64,000 nucleotides of DNA from an uncultured candidate division Zixibacteria bacterium (GTDB taxonomy: Bacteria; Zixibacteria; MSB-5A5; UBA10806; 4484-95), in contig CAXXKA010000001.1 of assembly GCA_963668625.2 (NCBI GenBank), positions 160,001 to 224,000 on the forward strand, in the 5' to 3' direction. Shown here piece by piece: positions 18,684-28,711 of this stretch. The stretch's first letter is position 1; each line of letters starts with the position of its first letter. The position numbers were made by a program, and so were the translations under genes. The notes below the pieces were generated by a model. The model ran no database searches. It was not told where the DNA came from and saw only the letters and a program-made list of their open reading frames with translations.

Positions 18684-19605
18684 GAGACTGATTGGACCTT
18701 ACCTCGATGGCCACCTGGGTGAGTGTAAATGGCTGGAGGAGCACATTGTCGAGTGCTCTGAATGTCTGGCCGAGTATGAGGCGGTGCAAAGACTGGCTCA
18801 TCTGGCCGATAAAGCCGATTATCCTCCGCCGGAGGGGAATTACTGGCAGAAATTCGGCACCAGGGTTATTGCCCGAATTGCCGCCAGGCCGCAGCCGAAG
18901 CGTTATCCGAGGTTTATCGAAAGCCTGTTTGCCAATAAGATGGCTTTTAGGCTGGTTACACCACTGATGGCGGTGTTGATAGCCGTATTGGCCTTAAGGA
19001 TTTATATACCGCTGAGTAATACGCCATCGATTGAGCCGGTTGCCGCGATAGAGACAACCGAGACATCCCGGATAAATACCGTTATGGGTGAGATGGCAGA
19101 TATGCCTATCCTGGCCAAAAATCAAGCTGTAAAACAGGATAACGATACGCAGCCTGTGGTTGTTGAATTGTCTGAGCAAGCGAGGGAAATAGAGCCCGAA
19201 CAAATACAACCGGCGATATATGCAGTGGAGCAATCGTTAAACGATATCGAATCATTGATGCAGGATTATCTGAGAAACCGTGAGGTAAAGGTTTCGCCAA
19301 CCCGCCTGGCCGCGCTGGATAACGGTTTCTGGGCTGAGATATCGCAGGATTACAGTTTTCGGATATTCGATACCGATAATGTCCTGAAATTCCAGATTAT
19401 CTCCGGTTCCAACCCCAGTCTGGCGCCGTTAAGCTCTTACAGAGAGGCGGCCGGGAAATTTTTCGCGCCGGAGATATCAAATTCGCGAAATTCCTTCGAG
19501 GAAAATATTCCCAATCGATGGGGCTATGCTAGAGGTGATGACAAGTATAATAAGGAAAGACAGCAGCATCTGGAGTTAGAATTCGATTTATCTCGTGAAA
19601 AGTAA
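18664..19605 (+). CDS. Zinc-binding (ZAS/zf-HC2) transmembrane anti-sigma factor
   Basis: YLDG...HIVECSEC (HxxxCxxC), one TM helix, overlaps the sigma gene; ATG 18664. Confidence 0.82.
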   Translation: MGNCKNKRLIGPYLDGHLGECKWLEEHIVECSECLAEYEAVQRLAHLADKADYPPPEGNYWQKFGTRVIARIAARPQPKRYPRFIESLFANKMAFRLVTPLMAVLIAVLALRIYIPLSNTPSIEPVAAIETTETSRINTVMGEMADMPILAKNQAVKQDNDTQPVVVELSEQAREIEPEQIQPAIYAVEQSLNDIESLMQDYLRNREVKVSPTRLAALDNGFWAEISQDYSFRIFDTDNVLKFQIISGSNPSLAPLSSYREAAGKFFAPEISNSRNSFEENIPNRWGYARGDDKYNKERQQHLELEFDLSREK

Positions 19606-19634
19606 GTAGCATACTCTAAAATTATTAATAAAGC

Positions 19635-19666
19635 AGGAGCATTTGATCAAATGCTCCTATTTTTTT
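19635..19666 (+). terminator. Rho-independent terminator
   Basis: Perfect palindrome AGGAGCATTTGATCAAATGCTCCT plus T7. Confidence 0.8.
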
Positions 19667-20118
19667 GGTGAATATGTTTAGTGAATGAAGTATGTCCTGA
19701 GAAAGCTTATAAGCGCCTTAAATATAAAAGGTTCAATTTAGCTATTAATAGTAAGCCGATTACTTGATAATGGCTCACCATTTTAGTAATGGTTGTCATT
19801 ACTGTACTGTATAAGATAGATAATTCGATGACAGATATGTGTTAGCTATGAATTTATCGAGGCTGAATTTTTCAAATAAGATAAAACATTTTGATCAGTT
19901 TTTGGGTTATGTTCCCGTTTATTTTGTCCTTCATCAGCGGGATGAGTAGTATTGGCATGCTGATCGGTAATTCATGCAAGGCAACGAGGTAAACGGAAAT
20001 ATAGTTACGAATTCAAGCTAATTGCCACACGGGTAAAATGCCCGTGATACGTATCCGTAAACTTTTAAGGATCGAAAATGCCTGTTTATATTTTTTATGC
20101 GTTGCCCAATAAAAACAT

Positions 20119-20147
20119 TTGCCAACCAATGACATATCATATATATT
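20119..20147 (+). promoter_or_regulatory. Putative sigma-70 promoter of the pgs operon
   Basis: TTGCCA-N17-TATATT. Confidence 0.5.
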
Positions 20148-20194
20148 GATTTCACCCAAAGTTTTCGTGGAGAGGAGCCAGGAAGAGATTCTTT

Positions 20195-21367
20195 ATGTGG
20201 CTCGTTTTTTTATTAGTCGTGCTTTTCACACTTTTCGGCGTCATCGAATTCCACAAGCATAAGCGGAATTTGAGCCGTATTTCTGTGCGTATCCATATTA
20301 ATGGAACACGTGGTAAGTCATCCGTGACCCGTTTGGTTGGCGGCGGTTTGAAAGGCGGCGGCAAACGCGTTTTTGTTAAAACCACTGGCACCAGTCCGCG
20401 TACTATCGATCCCACCGGTTATGAGGAACCCATAAGGCGCGTTGGCTCGGCTAATATTATCGAACAGCTTGGTATAGTGGCCAAAGCCGCCGACAACGAA
20501 GCCGATTTTTTCGTTGTCGAGTGTATGGCTTTAATCCCCAATCTTCAGTATATAACCGAGCATCAGATGATAAAATCGCAGGTGGGAATTATCACCAATA
20601 TCCGTGAGGATCATCTGGATGTAATGGGGCCTACTGTTGATGACGTGGCTGAAGCTATATGCAACACTATTCCTGAGGACGGCCTGCTTTTCACCACCGA
20701 GGAGCGCTATCTGGATGTTATTAAGAGACGAGCGGCAAAGGTCAATTGCAAGGTTGTAGAGGTCACGACCGAGAGTGTCAACCCGGAGGATTTATCCCGT
20801 TTCGGTCATCTGGAGCACAAAGACAACGTGGCGGTTGCCCTGGCGGTATGCGAGCATTTCGGTGTGGACAAAGAGTCTGCTCTTCAGGGAATGATCGAGA
20901 TAAAACCTGATCCCGGCGCTTTGAAGAAGTATACTTTGAAAATACACGGGCATACCTTAGAGTTTTTGAATGCATTCGCAGCCAACGATCCCGACAGTTA
21001 TCGGGCGATCTGGGATATGCTGCACTTACACCGGGGCAACGATAAAAAGCTGATGGTGCTGGTGAATTCCCGTCGTGATAGGGTACAGCGGGCCGAGCAA
21101 CTGGGCGAATTCATTGCCAGGGAGCTGGAGGCCGACTATTTTATTATAAGCGGCGAAGCTACCAAGCCGCTGGTGCACAAGGCACAAAAGAACGGCCTGG
21201 CAAGTTCAATGATGATGGACCTGGGCGGTAAGAACGTAATAGAGGTTTTTGATTTTATAGATACGATAGTTACCAGCGATACGATTATAGTCGGTATCGG
21301 TAACATCGTTGGCTTAGGAGACGAGATCGTGCGATATTTCATAAATAAGGGGAGGATGGTTGCCTGA
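20195..21367 (+). CDS. pgsB: Poly-gamma-glutamate synthase PgsB/CapB
   Basis: N-terminal TM; RIHINGTRGKSSVTRL, KTTGT, ANIIEQ, VVECMA, ITNIREDHLDVMGPT, NAFAANDPDS. Confidence 0.95.
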   Translation: MWLVFLLVVLFTLFGVIEFHKHKRNLSRISVRIHINGTRGKSSVTRLVGGGLKGGGKRVFVKTTGTSPRTIDPTGYEEPIRRVGSANIIEQLGIVAKAADNEADFFVVECMALIPNLQYITEHQMIKSQVGIITNIREDHLDVMGPTVDDVAEAICNTIPEDGLLFTTEERYLDVIKRRAAKVNCKVVEVTTESVNPEDLSRFGHLEHKDNVAVALAVCEHFGVDKESALQGMIEIKPDPGALKKYTLKIHGHTLEFLNAFAANDPDSYRAIWDMLHLHRGNDKKLMVLVNSRRDRVQRAEQLGEFIARELEADYFIISGEATKPLVHKAQKNGLASSMMMDLGGKNVIEVFDFIDTIVTSDTIIVGIGNIVGLGDEIVRYFINKGRMVA

Positions 21368-21824
21368 ATCTACTCTGATAATGCAAGCTATCGGACTGGG
21401 ACTTATCCTGAGCCTGGTATTTTCCGAGCTTCTGGGTTTGGCCGCGGGCGGAATGGTTGTCCCCGGCTATGTCGCGTTGATGATACATCAACCTCTCAGG
21501 ATTGTTGGTACAATTATAGTAGCGCTGCTGACATACCTTACTGTCAGATTGATGTCTAACCAGATGTTCCTCTATGGCCGTCGCCGCACCGTGATGATTA
21601 TCCTGGTGGGATTTTGTTTCGGCTGGGCCTCGAGAGAGCTTTTCGTAATGTCTCCCGATACCGTGCCGATCGAGTTTCAGGCTATCGGTTATATTATACC
21701 CGGCCTGATCGCTAACTGGATGGAACGTCAGGGTGTTATACAGACAATCACTATGATGATAGTAGCAGGTGTTTTAGTGAGGATGTTTTTGATGATATTC
21801 TCTGGCGGGGAGGTCATACTATGA
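21360..21824 (+). CDS. pgsC: Poly-gamma-glutamate biosynthesis protein PgsC/CapC
   Basis: GLAAGGMVVPGY, LYGRRR, IGYIIPGLIANWMERQG; start may be ATG 21381. Confidence 0.93.
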   Translation: MPESTLIMQAIGLGLILSLVFSELLGLAAGGMVVPGYVALMIHQPLRIVGTIIVALLTYLTVRLMSNQMFLYGRRRTVMIILVGFCFGWASRELFVMSPDTVPIEFQAIGYIIPGLIANWMERQGVIQTITMMIVAGVLVRMFLMIFSGGEVIL

Positions 21825-22963
21825 GGCGCAAAACAGGAAAGCCATCCCTGGCCTTGCTGGTGTTTCTGGCGATACTATCGATTTTATTCTTCTACTTAGC
21901 CGAGAAATCGCAAAAGCCACAGAAATCCCCGCATTACGATCAGAAAATAAAAGCGGCTGAACTGGCAAAAAGCGCTCAGGATATTATCAAGAAAGAACTG
22001 AGCAATCGCGGTTATGTCATCGATGTTCAAAATGATCCCAATATGAGCGGTATGATCGGTCCTCAATATTCGCTAATTACAACCGACCGAGGTTATATTC
22101 GCGATAAATTGATTTCGACCAATCCCAACAATGCAGCCGTTATAGTTGATCTTCTTAACCGAGCGGATGTCGAGCCGGGTGATAAAATTGCAGTAACGTT
22201 CACCGGCGCTTTTCCTGCAATGAACGTGGCCGTGATGGCCGCTTGCAAAGTAATGGGACTGAAACCGGTAATTATTACCTCGATTGGAGCCTCGACCTGG
22301 GGCGCTAACTGGGAGGAGTTCACCTGGTTGGATATGGAAAGCGCGCTTGTTGAGAGCGGTATCTGGGATTATAAATCGGTTGCAGCCTCATTGGGAGGCG
22401 GTAACGATGGTGGACGAGGCCTTTCACCTCAGGGAAGAGAACTTCTGGAGCAGGCGATCGCCCGCAATAATGTCGAATTTATCAGTTCTATCGATGAGAA
22501 CGATCTTTCCGGTTCACTCGAGGCCAATATCGAAAAACGTATCGAGATTTTCGATGAAGCGGCGGGTAGTGATGAGTATAAAGCCGTTGTAAATGTAGGT
22601 GGCGGACTGGCCGCTGTCGGCTCATCCCAAAACGGCAAGCTGATGCTGCCGGGATACAACGCTCATCTCTGGGATCGCGAGATGCCGGCACGAGGCGCCA
22701 TAAATATTCTGGCGGAGAGAAGGCTGCCGGTAATTCACCTTCTGCAAATTGATGATTTTGCGCATAAATACCAACTACCGGCAGAGGTAGTACCTGAACC
22801 GGTAATTGGCGAGGGATCGATTTTCGTTCAGGAAAGATATTCGATCACCACGACCGTCATATATACCGTTATTTTACTGCTTATACTCTACGGAGCTATC
22901 AGGTTGGATTTCAGGTACTATATTTATCGTAACCGTCACTTATTCGTTAAGAAAAATGCTTGA
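21821..22963 (+). CDS. pgsW: Poly-gamma-glutamate system protein PgsW
   Basis: DPNMSGMIG...ITT...K..STNPN, TGAFPAMN, SIGASTWGAN, SLGGGND.GRG; N- and C-terminal TM; follows pgsBC. Confidence 0.85.
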   Translation: MRRKTGKPSLALLVFLAILSILFFYLAEKSQKPQKSPHYDQKIKAAELAKSAQDIIKKELSNRGYVIDVQNDPNMSGMIGPQYSLITTDRGYIRDKLISTNPNNAAVIVDLLNRADVEPGDKIAVTFTGAFPAMNVAVMAACKVMGLKPVIITSIGASTWGANWEEFTWLDMESALVESGIWDYKSVAASLGGGNDGGRGLSPQGRELLEQAIARNNVEFISSIDENDLSGSLEANIEKRIEIFDEAAGSDEYKAVVNVGGGLAAVGSSQNGKLMLPGYNAHLWDREMPARGAINILAERRLPVIHLLQIDDFAHKYQLPAEVVPEPVIGEGSIFVQERYSITTTVIYTVILLLILYGAIRLDFRYYIYRNRHLFVKKNA

Positions 22964-22973
22964 TGGGGGAACC

Positions 22974-23918
22974 ATGAATCGTAGAATATTAATATTTGTG
23001 TTGATGATTTCAGCTTTCGTTTTTACTGCGGAGTCTTTCGCTCGCACTACGGTTATGCCGTTTGGTCGCCCGCGAGCTGTCAATTATCAAAATTCCAAAG
23101 GTAAAACCTATAGCTATTATTGCCTGGTTAAAGGCCAATCGATGGGGTTCGCTGTCGAGGGACCGGTTCAGGTGGATGTTCGCACCAGGGCTGGTTTGTA
23201 CCAGAAAGATGTAACGGCGGAATATCAAGTGCAAGTTTGGGAGGAAGAATACCTCGTCGCTGCCGAGCAATTTAAAAGTAAAAACAGTGGCAGTAAGGTA
23301 TTGGATTCCGAATTGTACCCGGCCATGTACAGGAAAATGGAATTCGAATCATCGGCGGGAATTCATAATTATCGCCTGTGGCTGGTTTCGGATAATGTCG
23401 ATACGGTTTTTGTCAGAATTTATAAATCCCAACCGGAAACCATATCGCCTAAAAAAGTCAGTATGTACCCGCTCCAATATTTCAAACGAGTACACCTCTA
23501 TTCCAAGAAAAATCAGACTCCTTATTATTTGATCTCGAATGATGAAGGAGTCAAGCTCAGGATTAACGGCCCGGCCGAGTTTATAGTCAGGGCCAGGGCT
23601 AATTTTACGGAGGAGATGGTCGGTAGAATAGGTTTCACTATCTCGATGTTCGAGAACGGCTCGGAGATCAACACGCTCTCGGCCACTACCTCGAAATCGC
23701 TGACCATGGCTTATCAGGATTACACCGGAGTCGTGCCCTCGCGGCCGACAGAGTTTATCGTCGAGGTACCGTCCGGCAGCCACACTTATGATTTTCTCCT
23801 GAAAGAGTCCACCGCTGAGACAATCAGTATTCGATTCAGTCTGCCCAAACAAGAATCCGATCAGGATATAGATCAGGATATTCAGGGGATCGAGGATGAC
23901 AATGAGGAAGAAGAATAG
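22974..23918 (+). CDS. Hypothetical secreted protein with two repeated beta modules and an acidic tail
   Basis: Signal peptide from ATG 22974 (GGGGG RBS); repeats YY...V/I.GP..V/F.VR.RA...S.G.H.Y. Confidence 0.7.
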   Translation: MNRRILIFVLMISAFVFTAESFARTTVMPFGRPRAVNYQNSKGKTYSYYCLVKGQSMGFAVEGPVQVDVRTRAGLYQKDVTAEYQVQVWEEEYLVAAEQFKSKNSGSKVLDSELYPAMYRKMEFESSAGIHNYRLWLVSDNVDTVFVRIYKSQPETISPKKVSMYPLQYFKRVHLYSKKNQTPYYLISNDEGVKLRINGPAEFIVRARANFTEEMVGRIGFTISMFENGSEINTLSATTSKSLTMAYQDYTGVVPSRPTEFIVEVPSGSHTYDFLLKESTAETISIRFSLPKQESDQDIDQDIQGIEDDNEEEE

Positions 23919-23920
23919 CA

Positions 23921-24958
23921 ATGACGACGAATAATGCCGTTAGGCTTATCATAGTTTGCATGTTGGTATCGGGATGGCTTACCGGGGCGACTACGCTTTC
24001 GGCTAAATCTCCGTTCGATATCGATATCGAGATTCAGACTATCTACGATGATAATATCCTCAACTACTCCGATTCCGACCTGGATCAGATGGATGATCCG
24101 GGCGCGCCCGATAATAAGTTCGCCGTGGAATCAAAAGATGATGTCATCATTAACCCCGAAATCGATATAGTTTACAAAACCAAACTGCTCAAGCACAGTT
24201 TCCACCTCGGATTTAAAACCGACTACTATTATTACAACGAGAACGATGTCAAACGTCACTGGCGGTTTGAGACTTATTTCAAACGCTATTTCAAACGTGG
24301 CACATTTTTCCAGGGTTCGGTGTCGTACCTTCCCGATTACTACTATCGTAACAGCTTCATAACGGGGGATGGGTATCACGAGGCGAAATTCGATAAGATA
24401 TCGCTTAACGCCAGGATGGTTTATAGATTGTTCAAATCGACCAGCGTCAGCGTTAATTACACATATTCCGATAAAGACTTTATCGAGATATTCGATGAGC
24501 GCGATATCTACGAACATGAAGTTGGCGGAACACTGGTTTATCGCCCGGTTAAGCTCTGGAAAGGCTGGATCGGCTACGAATATTCGCACGCCGTTGGCGC
24601 GGGCGCCGATAACTCATCTCACACTCGCGATACCTCGTATGACGGCAACAAATTCACGCTGGGAAGCAGGTTCTATCTCAAAGGCCTGGGGCGAAAGAGT
24701 TTCCAGATAGCCGGCAAGGTATCCTATGAGCTGGTGCAGTTCCAGACCATGAAAATCACTGACATTTACCGCCTGGGGCGCGAGGACACCCGCTTGTATT
24801 TTTACGGTATGTTAAAACATTACTTGAAGCGTGGAATTAGTGTAGAGGCGATATTCAAAAGCTACGACAAATCTGTCGAGATACCGGCTGATTATCTGAT
24901 AGATCAACTCGAGTCATCATCCAACACTTTCTACCTGGTATTCAACTACTCGCTTTAG
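23921..24958 (+). CDS. Outer-membrane beta-barrel protein
   Basis: Signal peptide, YDDNI first-strand motif seen in polysaccharide-export barrels, alternating strands, terminal YLVFNYSL. Confidence 0.72.
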   Translation: MTTNNAVRLIIVCMLVSGWLTGATTLSAKSPFDIDIEIQTIYDDNILNYSDSDLDQMDDPGAPDNKFAVESKDDVIINPEIDIVYKTKLLKHSFHLGFKTDYYYYNENDVKRHWRFETYFKRYFKRGTFFQGSVSYLPDYYYRNSFITGDGYHEAKFDKISLNARMVYRLFKSTSVSVNYTYSDKDFIEIFDERDIYEHEVGGTLVYRPVKLWKGWIGYEYSHAVGAGADNSSHTRDTSYDGNKFTLGSRFYLKGLGRKSFQIAGKVSYELVQFQTMKITDIYRLGREDTRLYFYGMLKHYLKRGISVEAIFKSYDKSVEIPADYLIDQLESSSNTFYLVFNYSL

Positions 24959-25036
24959 TAGACTCCTGGCTGGATATAAACTGCTGGATATAGTCATGGC
25001 AGTGAAGATTATAATTATAATGAATGATATTTCTCT

Positions 25037-25133
25037 CTGGATTCCTGGCGATGCTTGGAAACTTTTTTGCGGCATGTAGAATGATCATTCTACCAGCAGG
25101 CGGTTGCGTTGCGAAACAGCGCTCCGCAACGAG
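25037..25133. repeat. Dispersed ~97-bp palindromic repeat (REPIN/MITE-like), copy 1
   Basis: Aligns by eye with 34554-34651; central perfect palindrome GTAGAATGATCATTCTAC. Confidence 0.75.
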
Positions 25134-25345
25134 GAAACAGGAGTAGTTACTTAGTTCTAAATTGGCTGTAGCGTCAGAAATCTTTGATTTCAAATGGGAT
25201 GTCACCGGGAAAGAATGCACAGAGAACTTCATCCCTCCCGGTGACTCGTGAAATAGACTTTTTCAACAATCCCAGCGCTTCACACCGAGGATGTAGAGGG
25301 TAGTTACTTCATTTAAGTTATTAACTTATCCGTAAAGGAGTAATT

Positions 25346-26062
25346 TTGGGCTTTACGCTTAAGTATTGTTGGCTTATCTTTATTATCATGATGGGCCAAA
25401 CCGATGACAAACATGCCGCCGATACCACCGATGTATATTTTAAATATCGCCAGGTGATGGTCGATTCACAGATAATCGTCCGAGGTGTGAAAGATAAACG
25501 AGTGCTCGAGGCTATGCGCAAAGTACCCCGTCATGAGTTCGTGCCTGAATACGTTCGCCGTTATGCCTACGAGGATGAACCTCAGCCTATAGGCAATGAT
25601 CAGACAATCAGCCAACCTTATATAGTTGCTTTGATGACCGAGTTATTGGAATTGGAGCCTGATTCCAAAGTGTTGGAGATCGGTACGGGTTCCGGTTACC
25701 AGGCGGCTATACTGGCCGAACTTTGTGATTCGGTGAGCACGATAGAGATTATTCGCGAGCTGGCCGATCGAGCCGATTCGACATTCACTGCGCTGGGCTA
25801 TGATAATATCGAGGTTAGGTGTGGAGACGGATTCCGGGGTTGGCCGGAGAAAGCGCCGTTTGACGCCATAATCGTGACCGCTGCCCCCGATGAGGTGCCC
25901 GAGCCGCTTATCGAACAACTGGCCGAGGGGGGACGCCTGGTGATACCGGTAGGGACTTACCATCAGGATTTAAAACTCATTCGCAAAACTGAGGGTGAGA
26001 TAAAGACCATGAATGTCATTCCGGTAAGGTTCGTTCCGATGACCGGCGAGGCGGATGAGTAA
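25346..26062 (+). CDS. pcm: Protein-L-isoaspartate O-methyltransferase
   Basis: VPRHEFV, QTISQPYIVA, VLEIGTGSGYQAA, APFDAIIVTAA, VRFVPM; AAAGGAG RBS before TTG. Confidence 0.95.
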   Translation: MGFTLKYCWLIFIIMMGQTDDKHAADTTDVYFKYRQVMVDSQIIVRGVKDKRVLEAMRKVPRHEFVPEYVRRYAYEDEPQPIGNDQTISQPYIVALMTELLELEPDSKVLEIGTGSGYQAAILAELCDSVSTIEIIRELADRADSTFTALGYDNIEVRCGDGFRGWPEKAPFDAIIVTAAPDEVPEPLIEQLAEGGRLVIPVGTYHQDLKLIRKTEGEIKTMNVIPVRFVPMTGEADE

Positions 26063-26105
26063 CGCCTGATATTATCTCCACGATATCTATCATTTCATAT
26101 TAAGC

Positions 26106-26197
26106 GTAGGGGTAAAGTTAATCTTTACCCGGAAACCAGCAGACCGTTAATTTAATTCATTCTGCGGGCTTCAGGGTAGAGCGAGTTCTGCCTTTAC
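26106..26197. repeat. GTAG-type REP-like inverted pair
   Basis: GTAGGGGTAAAGTTAATCTTTACCC and AGGGTAGAGCGAGTTCTGCCTTTAC hairpins. Confidence 0.45.
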
Positions 26198-26326
26198 AAA
26201 AAAACGATACTTTGTAACGAGGGGACAATAGCCCCGAAAATTACTCTTGAATTATCTCGTAACAAATAGTAAGTCTAATCCGTAATATGAAGCGGATATC
26301 GCAATTCCTTACCAGGAGGTTACAAT

Positions 26327-26794
26327 ATGTCCAACAGGAAACTTTATCGTTCCCGTGAAAACGCCATGATTGGCGGCGTATGCGCGGGATTGGCTGATTA
26401 TTTCAACATAGACTCAACCATCGTCAGGCTGGCTACGGTTATTTTGATATTTCCCGGCGGTCTGAGTATCTGGGCGTATATTATCGCCTGGATTATTATT
26501 CCCCAGAAACCGCTTTTGGGAGCCTCCGAAATGGCAAGTGACGGAAGTGCCACTACGGCGGAGGGGGAGGTATCCTCAATGTCCGAGGATGAATCACCGC
26601 TCGAGGAAAAGGACAAGTCACGTTTTATTGTCGGTACGGTATTGATCGCGCTGGGTGCGCTTTTTCTACTGAATGCGTTCGATGTTTTCTACTGGTTTTC
26701 GTTCGGTAAGGTCTGGCCTGCCATATTGATTATTGTCGGTGTAGTGGTTTTGTTTAAAGCCGTAAACAAAGGCGGTGAAAAAGATGAAAGTTAG
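26327..26794 (+). CDS. PspC-domain membrane protein with C-terminal LiaF/DUF5668-like TM hairpin
   Basis: LYRSRENAMIGGVCAGLADYFNIDSTIVRL...YIIAWIIIP; WPAILII. Confidence 0.88.
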   Translation: MSNRKLYRSRENAMIGGVCAGLADYFNIDSTIVRLATVILIFPGGLSIWAYIIAWIIIPQKPLLGASEMASDGSATTAEGEVSSMSEDESPLEEKDKSRFIVGTVLIALGALFLLNAFDVFYWFSFGKVWPAILIIVGVVVLFKAVNKGGEKDES

Positions 26795-27710
26795 CTCATT
26801 ATGCTGGGGTGTGATTTTCATCGGAATCGGCGCCTTTTTCCTGGGGATAAACACCGGCTATCTCAGTCACTATGTCTGGCTGAAACTTATCTCACTATGG
26901 CCGGTAATTCTGATCGCGATAGGCATAGCTCTGGTTTTCGGCCGCACTAAAATGAAATACCTGGCGTTACTCGCGCCGCTTTTATTCGCTCTAACATTTA
27001 TCTATGTAGCCGTGGATGGCTGGGGAGCGCGCGGTTATTATAGCTACGACTACGATTACTCATCTAAATATTCGCGCGAGGTATACGAATATCAGGTCGA
27101 TTCCGATTCGGATGTTAAGGAACTTGATATCGAGATTGATTTCGGCATGGGCGAGATGTGGATAGGCCCGAGTAACAACGAATTATTCAGCGGCGATTTC
27201 GAGTATCGTACGAAAAGACCGCAGATCAAATACGCTGTCGATAACGGTGTTGGCGAGCTAAGAGTTAAATCGCGCGATTTGCAGAAATTGAACTTCTTCA
27301 AACGCCGTAATTTCAAGAATGATGCCCGGGTGTTTATCGCCGACTACCTGCCACTGGATCTCGACCTGGATATCGGGGCCGCCAGGGTGGAGCTTGATCT
27401 GGCAGATCACAAGCTGAGAACACTATATCTCGATACCGGTGCGGCTGATATCGATATCAAGCTGGGCGATAAATCCAAATCGCAGAAAATCGATATAGAC
27501 TCGGGCGCGTCCTCGATCAGTATCAGGGTGCCACGCGATATGGCGCTGGAGATCGATTCCGATATCGCCCTATCGGAAACTAACTTCAATTCGGCCGGTC
27601 TGGAAAAATATCATGGCAAGTTCCGATCCGATAATTTCGGAACGGCTTCCTGTACCGCCTATATCGAAATCGACTCGGGCGTATCCGAAATAAAAGTATA
27701 CTATTATTAA
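26784..27710 (+). CDS. DUF5668-type membrane anchor plus beta-helical (toast-rack/adhesin-like) domain
   Basis: WGVIFIGIG...LWPVILIAIG; repeated L.LD.GA..I.I motifs; ATG 26784. Confidence 0.7.
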   Translation: MKVSSLCWGVIFIGIGAFFLGINTGYLSHYVWLKLISLWPVILIAIGIALVFGRTKMKYLALLAPLLFALTFIYVAVDGWGARGYYSYDYDYSSKYSREVYEYQVDSDSDVKELDIEIDFGMGEMWIGPSNNELFSGDFEYRTKRPQIKYAVDNGVGELRVKSRDLQKLNFFKRRNFKNDARVFIADYLPLDLDLDIGAARVELDLADHKLRTLYLDTGAADIDIKLGDKSKSQKIDIDSGASSISIRVPRDMALEIDSDIALSETNFNSAGLEKYHGKFRSDNFGTASCTAYIEIDSGVSEIKVYYY

Positions 27711-27755
27711 TTTCCGCGTTGCTTGATATACGTTTTATGAACTAAATATATATTT

Positions 27756-28658
27756 ATGGTTGAATTCCCGATAAGCGGAGTGGAGACATACTGGTGGTTG
27801 CCGGCCTTGGTGGCTTTCATGATCTCTGCGTTCGCCTCCACCGGCGGGCTCTCCGGAGCATTTTTGCTTCTGCCGTTCCAGATGAGTATACTCGATTACA
27901 CCGCCATTTCAGTCAGCCCGACAAACCTGGTGTTTAACATAGTAGCCATACCCGGCGGCATATATCGGTTTATTCGCGAAAAACGTATGCTCTGGCCACT
28001 GGCTCTCATTATCATTATCGGCACGACTCCCGGTTTGATATTAGGAGCTTACTTACGTACTACCATATTCTCCGGGACCGAGGATTTCAAGCTTTTTGTC
28101 GGACTGATACTTCTGTACATTCTGATCAGGCTGATTTTCGAGATCATCAAAAAGAAAGATAGAACCGGGACTGAATTAAAAGATCAATCCGATTTTCGTG
28201 CTCATACTATTCGTTTTTCGCTATTGAAATACCAGTATGAGTTCGAAAAACGGGTTTACACGGTCTCGAATCTGCCCGTGTTCATTCTAGCCTCCGTGGT
28301 TGGTATAATCGGCGGAGCCTATGGCATAGGCGGTGGCGCGATAATCGCTCCATTTCTGGTGACAGTATTCGGTCTGCCGATTTACACCGTTGCCGGCCCG
28401 GCGCTTCTGAGTACGTTTTTCACCTCCATAGCCGGCATATTCGTCTACAGCCATTTACTGCCCGCTATTTATCCGGCTCAAGCGGCGGTGATACCCGATT
28501 GGTATCTGGGATTGTCGTTCGGTATAGGCGGGTTGGCGGGTATTTACCTCGGTGCGAGGTTACAGAGATATTTACCGGAGCGGTTGATCAAAACGATCAT
28601 GGCTACCGCTTTATCCGTTGTGGTTATTAAATATGTTTTCAGCTATTTTATGGGCTAA
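27756..28658 (+). CDS. Sulfite exporter TauE/SafE family
   Basis: GGLSGAFLLLP, SPTNL, GIGGGAIIAP, multi-TM. Confidence 0.88.
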   Translation: MVEFPISGVETYWWLPALVAFMISAFASTGGLSGAFLLLPFQMSILDYTAISVSPTNLVFNIVAIPGGIYRFIREKRMLWPLALIIIIGTTPGLILGAYLRTTIFSGTEDFKLFVGLILLYILIRLIFEIIKKKDRTGTELKDQSDFRAHTIRFSLLKYQYEFEKRVYTVSNLPVFILASVVGIIGGAYGIGGGAIIAPFLVTVFGLPIYTVAGPALLSTFFTSIAGIFVYSHLLPAIYPAQAAVIPDWYLGLSFGIGGLAGIYLGARLQRYLPERLIKTIMATALSVVVIKYVFSYFMG

Positions 28659-28676
28659 TTTGCTACGTGTTTTCTG

Positions 28677-28705
28677 TTGACTTGAACGCCCTGCCCCGAT
28701 ATCAT
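28677..28705 (+). promoter_or_regulatory. Sigma-70 promoter giving a leaderless mRNA
   Basis: TTGACT-N17-TATCAT, 6 nt before ATG 28712, no SD. Confidence 0.65.
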
Positions 28706-28711
28706 TAAACC

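Noticed and set aside
19954-19970. Sigma54 promoter TTGGCATGCTGATCGG upstream of pgsB
   Set aside because: No GC at -12
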